Assembly (NCBI RefSeq): GCF_902652985.1
Contig: NC_047021.1
Location: 19,344,001-19,408,000, forward strand
Source: Pecten maximus
Lineage: Eukaryota
Direction of reading: 5' to 3'
Length of the DNA: 64,000 nt
Shown here: piece after piece, positions 13,820 through 28,112 of the stretch
Numbering within the stretch: the first letter of the stretch is position 1
How the letters are laid out: each line of letters starts with the position of its first letter
The notes under the pieces: generated by a model
The model's database searches: none
What the model was told of the DNA's origin: nothing
Seen by the model: only the letters and a program-made list of their open reading frames with translations
Position numbers and translations under genes: made by a program

Positions 13820-14690
13820 TCTGTTGATTTCGTTACAATGCCGATAGTTTCTGTTGATTTCGTTACAATGCCGACAGTCTGTTGATTTCGTTACAATGCC
13901 GATAGGTTCTGTTGATTTCGTTACAATGCCGATAGGTTCTGTTTAATTCGTTGCAATGCCGATAGGTTCTGTTTAATTCGTTGCAATGCCGATAGGTTCT
14001 GTTGATTTCGTTACAATGCCGATAGGTTCTGTTGAATTCGTTACAATGCCGATAGGTTCTGTTGATTTCGTTACAATGCCGATAGGTTCTGTTGAATTCG
14101 TTACAATGCCGATAGTTTCTGTTGATTTCGTTACTATGCCGATATTCTCTGTTGATTTCGTTACAATGCCGATAGTTTCTGTTGATTTCGTTACAATGCC
14201 GACAGTCTGTTGATTTCGTTACAATGCCGACAGTCTGTTGATTTCGTTACAATGCCGATAGGTTCTGTTTAATTCGTTGCAATGCCGATAGGTTCTGTTT
14301 AATTCGTTGCAATGCCGATAGGTTCTGTTGAATTCGTTGCAATGCCGATAGGTTCTGTTGAATTCGTTACAATGCCGATAGGTTCTGTTGATTTCGTTAC
14401 AATGCCGATAGGTTCTGTTGATTTCGTTACAAAGCCGATAGGTTCTGTTGATTTCGTTACAATGCCGATTGTCTCTGTTGATTTCGTAACAATACCGATA
14501 TTCTCTGTTGATTTCGTTACTATGTCGGTAATTTCTGTTGACTTTCGTTACTATGTCGGTAATTTCTGTTGATTTCGTTACAATGCCGACAGTTTCTGTT
14601 AACTTCGTTACAATGCCGACAGTTTCTGTTGATTTCGTTACAAAGCCGATGGTCTCTGTTACCTTTGTTACATTGCCGATAGTTGATTAT
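13820..14690. repeat. 30-bp minisatellite TCTGTTGATTTCGTTACAATGCCGATAGGT, about 29 copies
   Basis: 30-bp periodicity with occasional 28- and 31-bp units. Confidence 0.97.
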
Positions 14691-16193
14691 AAATATTCAT
14701 CACAGTACAACCACGACAGGAGATTCTGAATCTAAAATAGGTAAACCGAGTTAGACATGAAGCCGGTAATGTAAGGAATGCAGTCAACTCGAAGGTGTAA
14801 CATTAATTAAACTGCTAATCTCAAGTAAAACAAGGATGTTTACACTAATACTAAAACAGTATTTAACAGAAAATTCGCCATCAAAACTTAAACATAATTA
14901 GTTTTCCCGGGGACAATTTAACGTGTTTGCAAATTTCTTTCATTTTCATTTGATCTCTCTGAAACTGTATCTTTTCAATCGAGTAAAAGACATGTTATAC
15001 GACCAACTAGAAGACATTTAAATGTGTTTTATCTGAGGCTCGTGTTAGAAAAGTACGCTGCAGAGTCTGTCGCTACGCTCAGCTACTGTAATTTATCTGT
15101 CGTTATTGCAGCAAACTTTTAAATTTTATCACCAAATTTGGAAATTTCCTGAATGTAAAAGGTAAATGAAAGAGAACATTTGTTACGTCAAGCAGAATGT
15201 TCCAGGGCACTGGAACTCATTAAATAAGCGGAACTGACGTCAACGTTAATGCGTACTACTGGCTGTAGTAATGCCTCTCTGTGCGGGAAGTGTATTTTAG
15301 GCTAGAGAAAACATTAATAACCACCTCCAAAGAAACGGCCGTCGTATCGAGTTATTTCCAATAGAAATCAATAATCGTCTGTCATGGTGAGGGTTTGGGA
15401 GTGCGTGATCCCTACATAGCAACGGAAATACTGATGCTCATTTAGGACACATCAGAGGTTGATCCACAATCACTTCCGGCGATTTTTCACTTTTTCTGCG
15501 TACACACCTTCCGCTTTGGTGACATGAAAAATAGTTCTCAGTGTAAAGTTGATTATGTCTGCCGTGCCACACGTATACGTTTGTGAACCGTTATGGTATG
15601 GTTACCATCCTCTTTTGTACGCCTAATAAAGTTTTTGAGTCGGGGTAATGTTACGGCAACCTATCATTAGATAGACCCAGACAAACACGAACGGCTCAGT
15701 GGCGCTGTTTTCCGCCAACACATATCATCTTCTTATAAAATTGTTCATCACCATGTTACGAAAAGTCGATGCTATTTTGAGTATCAGCAGACCGAACACA
15801 ATATTATGTATTATAGTCTACATTTTAAATTCCATTGTCGAACTAATATAATTGCTAACGTATACAACACGAGCAGAACCGATGTATATTTACATAAATG
15901 AAATTACGTAGGCGAAATCATATGCCGGTGTCTTTCTTTGCCATATCGCCGAACATTTTGAACAACATTGCTAACCCTTCTGTAGAATGAGACCAGTGTC
16001 AATATGATATTACCGCCATGTCACGACAGAAAACATTTAAAAAATAGCCTGAAGAAATTCTAATATTTCAAGCAACGAAAACCCTCTTACCGGTATCTGG
16101 CATTGTCCTTGACTTTTTGAACTTGTTCCAAATGAAAATGTTCTAATTCTAGGTGTGTTAGTGATGATGTGATGAATGTTTGTGAAATGTAAT

Positions 16194-16230
16194 ACAAGAG
16201 GCCCAGATGGCCTGTATCGCTCACCTGGTT
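16194..16230 (+). mobile_element. Terminus of a non-autonomous Helentron/HINE-like element (orphan end)
   Basis: ACAAGAGGCCCAGATGGCCTGTATCGCTCACCTG: a short AGGCC/GGCCT hairpin plus a GCTCACCTG subterminal motif typical of bivalve Helentron ends. The partner end was not seen. Confidence 0.5.
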
Positions 16231-16619
16231 GGACATCATATATCTTCTCGTTTATTCCCTAGCCCTAACTTGAGGTCAGAATTCCCCTCGTTCTTTAAAT
16301 ACAATGAGATACGCTATGTCCGCCTAATCATTTATAGATAATACTGGCTACCTGGTAAAAGAGTGAGTATAAGATTGGTATTGATGACAAATGTCTGCTG
16401 TTAATAAGGCTTGCAGAACTGGGTGTAGCAATGATAGAGATTTACTTTTCGGACTGAACTGTATAAAAGATAGAAAAATGGTCTATGGTGTAATTCAGTA
16501 GCTTGTTTTTTGTTTAGTCAGAAGACATCTTTCTGAATCGTTTGGAGGTCAGGGGTTTGCTTCCTGGATCAATCCGGCTATTGAGCTGTGTTGAGGTCAA
16601 TAGATCAGGACCCATCCAC

Positions 16620-17882
16620 TCTCTAAACCCTGTGAAGGTTAACAGTGAACTTCCGTACTGATCTGCCCTCTGAACAACGCGGAGGTCAATAGTTAACCTC
16701 TCTTAACCTTGTGGAGGTCAATAGTTTACCTGTGTGAACCGTGTGGAGGTCAAAAGTTTACCTCTCTGAACCTTGTAGAGGTCAGTAGTTAACCTCTCTA
16801 AACCTTGTGGAGGTCAATAGTTAACCTCTCTTAACCTTGTGGGGGTCAATAGTTAACCTCTTTAAACCTTGTAGAGGTCAGTAGTATACTTCGCTATACC
16901 TTGTAGAGGTCAATAGTTAACCTCTCTTAACCTTGTAGAGGTCAGTAGTTAACTTCTCTGAACCTTGTGGAGGTCAATAGTTAACCTCTCTGAACCTTGT
17001 TGATGTCAATATTTTACTTATGAACCGACCGGCTTAATGAACTACGAAGATGCCAAAAGCTTACTTTCTGGCAAATTCACCTACATGTAATTAAGTGAGA
17101 TCAGTGTACTCTTTGAACCTCTTGGCTTCTTCTCGGAAGGTACAGATCAATCTACTGAAATAGGTTATCTGAACCGTAAGGAGATGGATAGTTATCCCCT
17201 GAACCCTGTGAAGGTCAGTAGTTAACATCTCTAAACCTTGTGGAGGTTAATAGTTAACCTCTCTGAACCTTGTGAAGGTCAGTAGTTAACCTCTCTAAAC
17301 CTTGTGAAGGTTAATAGTTAACCTCTCTGAACCTTGTAAAGGTCAGTAGTTAACATCTCTAAACCTTGTGGAGGTTAATAGTTAACCTCTCTGAACCTTG
17401 TAGAGGTCAGTAGTATACTTCTCTAAACTTTGTGAAGGTCAATAGTTAACCTCTCTGAACATTGTAAAGGTCAGTAGTTAACCTCTCTGAAACTTGTGAA
17501 GGTCAGTAGTTAACCTCACTAAACCTTGTGGAGGTCAATAGTTAACCTCTCTGAACCTTGTGAAGGTCAGTAGTTAACCTCTCTTAACCTTGTGAAGGTC
17601 ATTAGTTTACCTATCTTAACCTTGAACCTTGTGAAGGTCAGTAGTTAACCTCTCTGAACCTTGTGAAGGTCAGTAGTTAACCTCTCTAAACCTTGTGGAG
17701 GTTAATAGTTAACCTCTCTGAACCTTGTAGAGGTCAGTAGTATACTTCTCTAAACTTTGTGAAGGTCAGTAGTTAACCTCTCTGAACATTGTGAAGGTCA
17801 GTAGTTAAGCTCCCTGAGCTTTGTGAAGGTCAGTAGTTTACTCTCTGTACACATCTGTCTACTAAACCGTGTAAAGGTCAAT
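16620..17882. repeat. 32-bp minisatellite AACCTTGTGGAGGTCAATAGTTAACCTCTCTG in two blocks split by about 180 bp of unique sequence (about 17020-17200)
   Basis: 32-bp periodicity (16961 to 16993). Confidence 0.95.
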
Positions 17883-18995
17883 GACCTATTTCTGACCCGA
17901 AACGCCCTTTGAATTATGTTCACTAGGCAAATCGCCCTCTAATGCGCTTTCTTTAGTCCATGCTGCTACATTTTCGAGCGTTTCTAAAACTAATAAAAAA
18001 AACTCTCTAAATGGGATAAAGTAATAAAACAATTATATCCGTATTAGAATAAAGTCTCTTACAAAGCGCTCCAGTAGACAATAGAACTACAAGGTTAACC
18101 AGAGCGACACTGTGAATATTCGATCACCTAATAACTCAAGCAATAATGATTCCATTATCGGAGGAATGTTCAGACCTCAGCCCGTTTGATGAAGACGAAT
18201 GCGTCCGAGGTGTCATAGAAACCAGATCATTCTCCCAACATGTATGAGATTCCTGCTGGTAGGGTGTGAACGTTGGAAGATGCCATCACTTCTCACTTTT
18301 GTAATTGGTGACGTGGACTATGAAATTGACCAAAGAATAAATTCCTATAATATCATTTCACGAAATATACAAAAGGTCAGTCTGTACATATTAGCCCTTG
18401 TCCATGCGTAAAATTGCTGACTGGCTAGAATGTATGATAGTATGTATCGGTGACAATCATCGTTATCCGGGAACAGGGCAAACTCATTCAACTGATCGGC
18501 CTTACATGATACACCAATTATTGAAATCACGCTTACCTCAACTCGCGTGTGATAATAAAACACAAAAAGAAAATCGTTACCATCATTTTTTTTTTATAAA
18601 ACACGGAACTTTATGCTTAATATTACAAAATTCCTTTCTTTTTGATAGAAACATTAAATGAATATTTGATATTGAAAAAATCGTCTTTTTTAATAGAATT
18701 ATGGATTAAATGTTTGATATTGAAAACTTCATCTCTTTTTATAAAATCATTAAATACATGTTTGATATTGGAAACTTCCCCATTACTTTATTATCTTTAT
18801 TTGTCTGTTATATTGTATGACTGATAGTTTCGTCATCGGATTGCAATGTTAATATCTTAAGTTTAATAGAGTAATTAAGGAATTATTAAATGTGATCTAT
18901 ATTGTGTCGTTGTTTCAAGGATTTCAGGGTTTTATTGATATCACTCTTACATACTAACGTGTCAATGAAGTCACATATATATTATAACAATGATA

Positions 18996-20248
18996 CGAGG
19001 GATGATTGATATGTTGTGAGCCTCGTGTTGAAGGAGGTACTCAAGGATGTTCATTTTAAGTCCCACTATTCTCTTTGACTATATATGGCCGTGTACCCAC
19101 GGACTGGTCTTATTTTGTTAGTTTAAATCGAGGTAGCACTCTAAAGTAAACAAGACAAGCGGCTTTTGCGAAATGGACAAAATAGGTGAAAGAGCAGTGA
19201 TCCAATATTTGCATAAAAAGGTTTAACACCTAATGATATCAATAATGATATGGTAGCAACACTTAGGAGATGTGCCCCTTCATATGCTACAGTGAAAGGT
19301 GGGTTAGTGGAATTTAAGTGCGGCCGACAGAGCTTTGAGTATGACCCCCGTCCTGGAAGGCCTGTCAATGTTGCAGCCCCAGAAATGGTCAATAAAGTTC
19401 TTGATATTGTTATGACTGACAGACGAGGAAAGAGTACATTTCATTCTGACCGAGGATCTTGCATTGAGAAAGCTTTCGGCCCGATGGGTACCAGGACTTC
19501 TGACAGTAGATCAGAAGCACACAAGGCGTACATTATCGCGTGCTAATCTTAACCTTTTCTAGGAAGATCCTGCCAGCTTTCTCTAGACATTTGTCACTAT
19601 GGATGAAACATGGGTACATCATTTTACACCAGAGGCCAAGCAGCAATCGAAGCAATGGAAGCACCCTGGCTCTTCCAAGCCAAAGAAGGCAAAGACTGTT
19701 CGATCAGCTGGGAAGGCTGTGACCTCGGTTTTCTGGGATGCAGATGGTATTCCACTGATACAGTATCTCCAAAAGGGAGAAACAATCAATGGCACATACT
19801 ATGCCTCACTTCTAAGGCAGTTACGGGAAAATATTAAACTTAAGCGCCGCGGAAAGCTCACTAAAGGTGTGTTATTCCATCAGGACAATGCTCCTGTTCA
19901 CAATTCTGTCATTGCCATGGCTTCCATTCACGATGGTGGCTTTAAATTGATTGATCATCCGCCTTATTCACCTGTTCTCGATCCATCAGACATTCATCTA
20001 TTTCCGAAACCGAAAACAGCTATTTCAGGCACCACCTTTTAGTCCGATGATGACGTCATACATGCAGTGGATGACTTTCTGAACAGCCAAGAAAAGGAGT
20101 TCTATAAATGTGGCATTGAGGCCGCCCTTAAACACCGCTGGCGAAAGTTTATAAAAATTGAAGGGGACTATGTTAAAAAATAATACAGTATGTCAGGCAA
20201 AATTCAAATCCTTCAATATGAGGCTCACAACATATCAATCAGCCCTCG
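18996..20248 (+). mobile_element. Mariner (DD34D) transposon, both ends intact, probably irritans-type
   Basis: 29-bp TIRs CGAGGG(A/C)TGATTGATATGTTGTGAGCCTC with 1 mismatch. TA target duplication at 18994-95 and 20249-50. Length 1253 bp. Confidence 0.96.
19173..20183 (+). pseudogene. Mariner transposase pseudogene (frameshifts, stops, internal deletion)
   Basis: Motifs ARWVPGLLT, MDETWVHHF, HQDNAPVH and HPPYSPVLDPSD. There are 34 residues between the second and third catalytic Asp. The reading frame is broken into several ORFs. Confidence 0.95.
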
Positions 20249-20266
20249 TATATGGCGTATAGTTAA

Positions 20267-21505
20267 TGTCATGGAACCATGGCGCTGGGCCATGGAGTAC
20301 AGATTTATAACGCCTGTTTGTCATGGAACAATGGCGCCGAGCAAGGGAGTACAGATGTACCACGACCTGTTTGTCATGGGACCATGGCGCTGGGTCAGGA
20401 AGTACAGATGTACCGAGGCCTACCTGTCGTGTGACCATGGCGCTGGGCCATGGACTACAGATTTATCACGCATGTTTGTCATGGAACAGGGGCGCTGGCA
20501 AGGGAGTACAGAAGTACCACGACATTACTGTCATGGAACCTTGGCGCTGGGTCAGGGAGTACAGATGTACCACGGCCTGTCTGTCGTGGGACCATGACGC
20601 TGAGCAAGGGAGTACAGAAGTACCACGACCTGTCTGTCATGGGACCATGGCGCTGTGCCATGGACTACAGATTTAGCACGGCCTGTCTGTCATGGGACCA
20701 TGGCGCTGGACCATGGAGTACAGATTTAGCACGGCCTGTTTGTCATGGGACGATGGCGCTGGGCCATGGAGTACAGATTTACCACGGCCTGTCTGTCATG
20801 GGACGATGGCGCTGGACCATGGAGTACAGATTTAGCACGGCCTGTTTGTCATGGGACCATGGCGCTGGACCATGGAATACAAATTTAGCACGGCCTGTTT
20901 GTCATGGGACTATGGCGCTGGGCCATGGAGTACAGATTTTCCACGGCCTGTCTGTCATGGGACGATGGCGCTGGACCATGGAGTACAGATTTAGCACGGC
21001 CTGTCTGTCATGGGACCATGGCGCTGGACCATGGAGTACAGATTTAGCACGGCCTGTTTGTCATGGGACCATGGCGCTGGACCATGGAGTACAAATTTAG
21101 CACGGCCTGTTTGTCATGGGACTATGGCGATGGACCATGGAGTACAGATTTTGCACGGCCTGTTTGTAATGGGACGATGGCGCTGGACCATGTAGTACAG
21201 ATTTAGCACGGCCTGTTTGTCATGGGACGATGGCGCTGGACCATGGATTACAGATTTAGCACGGCCTGTTTGTAATGGGACGATGGCGCTGGACCATGGA
21301 GTACAAATTTAGCACGGCCTGTTTGTGATGGGACGATGGCGCTGGACCATGGAGTACAGATTTACCACGGCCTGTTTGTAATGGGACGATGGCGCTGGAC
21401 CATGGAGTACAAATTTAGCATGGCCTGTCTGTCCTGGGACCATGGCGCTGGGCCAGGGAGTACAGATTTACCACGGCCTGTCTGTCATGGGACCATGGCG
21501 CTGAG
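20267..21505. repeat. 53-bp GC-rich minisatellite TGTCATGGGACCATGGCGCTGGACCATGGAGTACAGATTTAGCACGGCCTGTT, about 23 copies
   Basis: 53-bp periodicity (21061 to 21114). Starts about 18 bp after the right mariner TIR. Confidence 0.97.
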
Positions 21506-22555
21506 TCATCCATGAACACTGTCTACATTTAAATTGTAGGGGATCTTGTAGATTTAGTTACGACAGGTAAGCTTTTGATTCTCTGATTTTTACAGAAGTC
21601 CACTTCACTACTTGATATGCAGCGGTGTTATAGTAAGCACATGTTGAAATGGATATATTTAGTTAACAAGATTTAAAAAAATAAATTCAAAATTGTATAA
21701 AATGTTTTCGGTCTACGTTCGGAATACTTACGGTGAGACTCCCATAAAAGCAAATACTTGATAACCAAAACCTTACTTACCAAGCTAATATAACACCATT
21801 CATGTTTTTTTTTGTTCAAAGTCCACATTGATAAACAGTTTCCAGGTTTACCAATTCGTTAGATATACGTCTTCCGATTCTTAATAAAGATAACAACAGG
21901 TTTGGGACTTGATATTAGTATGGTGCAATTCTCTTTGGACAGAACGAAATTCATCTTCATCTCTGTACTTAAATTATCAGAAGTGTTTCGGAAAAGAGCT
22001 GAAAAATAACGCTGGATCATCACGATGTGCCAATAAAATACATCATCATTAAAGGGACCCCATATTGAACACCCAAGAGAAATCGCTTATACACCAGAAC
22101 CGGCCATGATCATTCCTACCCGCATGTTAGGTGAGAGATTATGGTTCTGTATCTACCGTCACGTGACAGCTGTGTGGTCATCACGAATCTCTACAAACAT
22201 TTCTCCAGAATTTGAGAACAATGTTCGATATTTGTGCGTGGCGAAAAATATTTTTATGGTATATAACTGTGGAAAGTACAAACGAAAAAATAAAATAAAA
22301 ATAGTAATAATAATATTATCTCTTTGTGTGAGTGTGTGGTGTGTGTATGTGCGTATTGATATGTTACTGGGTATGAGTGTGAGGATGTGTTGGTGTGACA
22401 TCGGTATACGAGTGAAAATCAGAAAGCATAGTTTGATTGGTTTGGCCAAAAAGTGTAATCTTACAAATGTTTTATTTTGTTTCATTGCTGTCAAATAATG
22501 TTGCATCATGTGATAAGATCTTGTGATTGTTATGATTGTGATGATGAGGAATGTT

Positions 22556-22571
22556 AATAGTAATAATAATA

Positions 22572-22610
<39 letters not shown>
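22556..22610. repeat. Compound (AAT)n(GAT)n microsatellite
   Basis: Seen directly in the sequence. Confidence 0.95.
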
Positions 22611-22613
<3 letters not shown>

Positions 22614-23849
22614 CAGACATTTAAGTATGTGAAAGGCGCTGAGAGCGAGTGAGTTTGATATTGGTGTTAATATTGTTTATGTATATGGTGTAAACATTTA
22701 AAAAAAAATTAAAACAATATATATAAAAAGATAATAATTGACTTTAATGTATCATAGTAATCCATTACAAATCAAACATTGAGAAACTAGGTGTGATCTC
22801 TAATCAACACTTCCATGGCGTTACAGATTAAACCTTTAGGTGTGAAAGTTTACGTAGATAGCTACATACAAACATGATTTATATACGACACTGAAGGTGT
22901 TTAATCAGATACATAGTTCCCATGAGTGGTCTTCATATCCGTCCAATGACAAAAGGCACGTGCACGATGTTGTCACGAACGCCATATCTGACTCCCCACA
23001 GGGCAATGATGTCGGGTCCATATATAGTACAGTTGTTAGCGTGAAAAACGTTTGATGAATAGGAAGGATGAATTATCACAAAGAATCATTATCAGGCACG
23101 TCCTCCTTTACGGTACTAAATATATGGACAGGTATATGGACGACCGCACCAGGTCGACGAGTGCTCCTCAAGATTAAATGATTCTTTCCTCAGCAGTCAC
23201 CTGTATTTGTTTTACAGGCCTTTAGCACTAGAACTATGCAATACTTGCAGAGTGTGGAAAGGTAATTGGATGTTTTAGGACTCCGCTACCATATGGAAAT
23301 GATGTAACAATATGACACACTACAATTGTATATGAACAAAATAAGAGTTTACGTTATGACTAAGAAATATGATAAATCAACCATTATATCCGTATTAGAT
23401 ACTACAAGGCACATCGTATCTGACATACAAACACTACACAAATGTTCGGGTAACGCATGTGATTTCATGTAAAACACCTTTACCAATAGAAAGAGTAACA
23501 TCGTTTCTTAAAGTACGAGTATCAAAAAGCTATTGTCCGTCATTAAAAGGTCTCCCTCTTACACATTGGTAACGCCAGCATTTGACTGTCAACTTATTTT
23601 ACCATGTTTACCATACATGCACTATTTTAACACGGACGATGGGTCAAGCTTGGCCCATCACTACATCTTAAGCATTGAGATGAACGGAACATATAATTTC
23701 ATTTCCCCTTGTATTCACACAACTGATAGTATACGGCACCCGGATTATCCACTTAACTCTACTACTGATATCGTTTGAAATAATCTGACTGTCATTTGAA
23801 TAATCAACAGTCCAGTTCCGAAGATTTTCCCCTTCTGTATGTACAATGT

Positions 23850-23954
23850 ACATAGGAAAGGAATTAGTATAAGCTCTTAGCTTGTTTTCTTATCCCTTAT
23901 GAATGTATGTGTTTTGGGCAGTTTGTGTATTGAATAAAATATTGTTTAAACTAA
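23850..23954 (+). mobile_element. Extremely 5'-truncated CR1-type LINE 3' tail
   Basis: TAAGCTCTTAGCTTG stem-loop followed by AATAAAATATTGTTTAAACTAA, like mollusc CR1 3' ends. Confidence 0.45.
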
Positions 23955-25131
23955 CATCCTTGTACTAAGTTCCCAGTGATTCACCATGGCATTTCAGTGA
24001 CATATGCTATTTCCATACAACTGTCTGTACCAACCATGATCTCGGGAAAAGGACTTGATCACACCATGCCAAGTATAGTGTACTAACTAACAAGATTATC
24101 AGTGATCTAAAACAGATAGGGTTTCCATTTACATTCAATGACGTTGTCAACATCATCACATCACTGCAGGAACATCATTAATGGCGTGTATAGTTAGAAT
24201 AATGTATGCGGCGATTGTTTGGAATTTGTTTACAAAATCGAGATAATTCATTATTTACGTTTTAAGTTGAACTCGCAAATACCAAGTGTTATCACAACAC
24301 TGCCTTCCTCAACCCCCCTACCCAACCCCCCGCAAACAGATGAAAGTAATACTCATAGGGAAATAGAGATCGCCAATCATGTCTTGTAAAACATATGTAA
24401 ATACATACATAATCAAGAGATGCGGAAGTGGGAATGGGTTCTAACTTCTCCAAACCAAAGGACACAGTTGTTAGTGTACAAAGAAAACTACAGGTTAATG
24501 CATGGACGCTTACATTATACCAATAAAAATACTCAAAACACTTAGACAGTGTTTTAATGTGTACGAGACTGACGGTGTCATGTGTAGTTTCGGTTAACTA
24601 TGTGGGTGGCTGTACCCTTAGAATTTAGAGTTAATAGCCAGCTGCTGTAAATTCTTTGGTTGAATAAATGAAGCAAATCATATAAAATCAAACATATGAA
24701 TGCCTTCATCACATTGCTATTTGAGACATACAAAATGTGCGTAGATTGTTTTGAATACAGGTGTTATCTTACCTTTTTTGGCGAACTTGCATATCCATAT
24801 CCTTAACATACAAGTTTTACCCGAGAAACAATTGAACTGAAAATGGCGGGTATTGAGGTTAAAAAAGTGTTAAAGAGCTTCTAAGCAGTTAAGATAATCG
24901 AGCTATTGTATTAAGCCATTCTGGTATTAAAATAATCAGTCGACTACAGATGTAAAAATAACGACAGAAGGCTGAACACCTCATTTCATTCTCTTTGTAC
25001 CTATAAGTGGTCGTCATGCAAATCTTCTCTCTTTGTTCATGTTTTTCCCTCGGTTCGGGTTTGAGTTGGAATTACGGTTTTTTGTTGATGTCGGTACTCT
25101 TTGTAGAAAATGCAAGGACTAAATATCATGT

Positions 25132-26200
25132 TAGTATAAACTTTATTTCGTTTCATACAGAAGACAAAACACATTAGATATCAGGCTTCAGGACTGAACA
25201 GGATATGTTAAAGCTGTAAAGCTTATGTTTAACTACTTCTCATCAATTGATCTTTACAATATTGAGAAAGACCAGATCAGCAAAAAAACAAAAAGCGAAA
25301 GAAGATTTTATCAAATATATAATCTTTAAGTTTGATTCTTCTACTGTTTATACATATATAGGAGGGGGAGGGTGTGCAGGGAAGAGGGGACAAGTGAGTG
25401 TGGTGGATTTGCCACATCAATTAGTTATGGATGGTTTTAAACCTAATCAAAACTTTTATGATTATGCATGTCTTCAAATGGTGCAAAAACAGGATAACAA
25501 TGATTACATCCTCAGGTACTTGATTTAATTTCAAAGTGATGTTAGTATTAGATATGAAATCAGAAACGTTTAGTAGCTATGATAGATTTTTGAACACAGC
25601 TGTTACTTCACTATCTTCTCCGGGAGAAATGTCAACATCTCCAAATAGTAATATTCTGTCAGTAAGGTTAGAATAAGTTAGATTGAAGTAAACCGTGCGG
25701 AGATAATGGTAGAGTGGACATCGTAAAATAGATTGCGTGTAAGTTCGTTTCATTCGATAATCCGAATTAGCAGAGGGGATTACAATCAAGCCTTCGAGTA
25801 GAGGAAACTATTCAAGTAGTGACATTCCATCCTTGTATGTAGGACCTCGCCATGTCTATTTCCAGAGGAGAAGTATAGTGGAACTTTTTTAGAAGGTCCA
25901 TGTTAGTGTGTCTTAAGATTCCATAATGACGAATTCGCTTTAACATCGGAAGAAAGAGAGTTCCAGCAGGTTGAGACAACGGGGATGATATAGTTCTGAA
26001 ATAAAGAAGTATAACAAAGCAATGGAAGAAAGTTTTTCTCCATCTACAGTAGCATGAGTATGTACATCGGAACTATACCATGAACCATTTTATGAAATTG
26101 TATGAGTTTATGCGTCTGACGTCGTTTTCCAAGTGTTACCCACTCCGTTTCAATGTACATCAAAGATCTACTCGAAAGCTTTGTCCCTCCTGTTACAATT
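25132..26200 (-). mobile_element. CR1-clade LINE 3' fragment (decayed ORF2 C-terminus 26200-25560 plus 3' UTR)
   Basis: The minus strand reads VTGGTKLSSRSLMYIETEWVTLGKRRQTHKLIQFHKMVHGIVP...CWNSL...LRCPLY...ILLFGD...IATKRF*, the characteristic CR1 ORF2 tail. An AATAAA-containing end lies near 25132-25150. Confidence 0.88.
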
Positions 26201-28112
26201 AAAAAAACAATCTGGAGAAGGGTAAACGTGTGCTACTGTACCAAAGACACTAACATTGATGTAGATGGCTGTTTATACTGTGTAAGAACCGTATCAAGAA
26301 AACGAATTATAAGAATTTTAGAAAAATAAAGTAAACTCGATCTTAAGTTCAGAAACACATATACGGAGAGTCATTGGTAGTTATGACAGACTTTAACAAT
26401 GCGAAGTTCAATAAAGCATTTTATTTTATATCTTTTTAAGCTTGACACAATAAAGAATTTCATTGATTCATTACATTCCCACCAGCATTAAAGTAAAATA
26501 TGGCCTCGTATAATATAATCTGGTATAATACAAATGACAAGTTTAATTCGAAATTTCTTTGATAACGTTGAAATATGTATACAAAATGTACTAGTAGCTA
26601 ATAACTGATCCGTTTGAAACATTATACATTTATCTCTGTTCTTTTAAAACAAGTAGCTATACATATTGAATGTGATTGAATTCGACAGTTGATTCGTTGA
26701 AAGTATGTAAAGGGAGGTAAATCGTGTTTCCCTGTTTCGTTATTCTTCAATGGTAAGCTACAATAACTTAAAAGAACACTTCTCTCATCGATCTTTCTTT
26801 TTTGCTAATTAAATGGTATAAAGATACGTGTTCCCTTCACTTCTAAATAGAAGGCGTGTCGTGATGTCGCTGTGTGACACACAAAGAGAGTTTATACATA
26901 TTTATAATCTATCTTGTGCGTTACCTTTAATTAATCGTAGATTATACAATAGTTTATTACGGTTCAGAAAACTATTATTTATCAAAACGAATAAAACAAA
27001 TATAAATTAACCACAGATATTAATGCTAACACAGGCAGCTTCAAACGCATCCGCCTCCAGACATTTGAAAAAAAAACTACAACTGAACAACGACAGCTAT
27101 AGGGTTGTATGCAGATAAAGTCATGGACAGAAAAAAACAGGACTAAAATAGACAAAACAAACAAACGTTTTCCGTTAACAAGAATGAAAATAACTTCGAC
27201 GTACAGTAGAGATCGTGATTTTAAGAAACCTATCTGGTAGAGCCTATGGCGATAAAGTCTGTTGTTTACGGGTAAACGATAACAGATGATACGGTAAGTC
27301 TGAAAACAAAACCTTCATCGAAAAGTACGGAGGGTCGGCCGTGGGCTACCGGACCAGTGAGAATCTAAAATTCAACATATCACAATTTTAAGGTCGCATC
27401 ATACGCCTCAGTCATATTAGATCTTACGGCAAAGGGGGGAGAACGTTACGTTTGCAGAAGATGAAAGCTCTGAAACGCATATTCTTTCGTGACTACTTCA
27501 AAATTAAATGGGGCGTTTTAAGATGAAAATTAATCCACGGCTAGGTATGATAGCATGAACTGCAAAGATGTACGATTCATAACATCTCGATAACACAGGT
27601 CTGACACAGGTACAGCGTTATCAGTGTGAAGCAGCCGTATGGGAATCAACTTTTGTGGTTTTGAAATACAACTATACAGTATGTATACTTTTAAAACTAA
27701 TTTGGACCCACTCGTATCATCTATTGTGTCACCCATCTGATACGGATGATATTGCTGAAATACGTATTCTATCTATTGTAGGTTAGCCTGGACTAGATGA
27801 GAATGATAATAAGGATGTGTCGATGGCTCGACCACAAGTCCTCGTGTACACTGACGAAGTAAATCAAAAATATATATAGCAAATGAAATTTATAATCTCC
27901 GTGTATTAGAAATATATCAATTTAGCTTTACCTCCACTTCAAATATCAAAACAATAACATTGTCCTATAAATAAGACAAAATCATCCTACAGGATTCTGT
28001 CCTTTTCAGTCTTCAATTAGAATATGGCTAAGGGCATGTTGGTTTAGGAATTAATGTGCATCTTATTGGTAGTAAATAAGAACTTTTTGCTCAAAACATA
28101 TCGATTCCATTT

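Noticed and set aside
20190-21195. Cys/His/Trp-rich ORFs downstream of the mariner
   Set aside because: Products of the 53-bp array, whose unit length is not a multiple of 3.
22106-22620. 130-aa and 153-aa ORFs with poly-Ser or hydrophobic runs
   Set aside because: Driven by a microsatellite and low-complexity sequence, with no recognisable domain.
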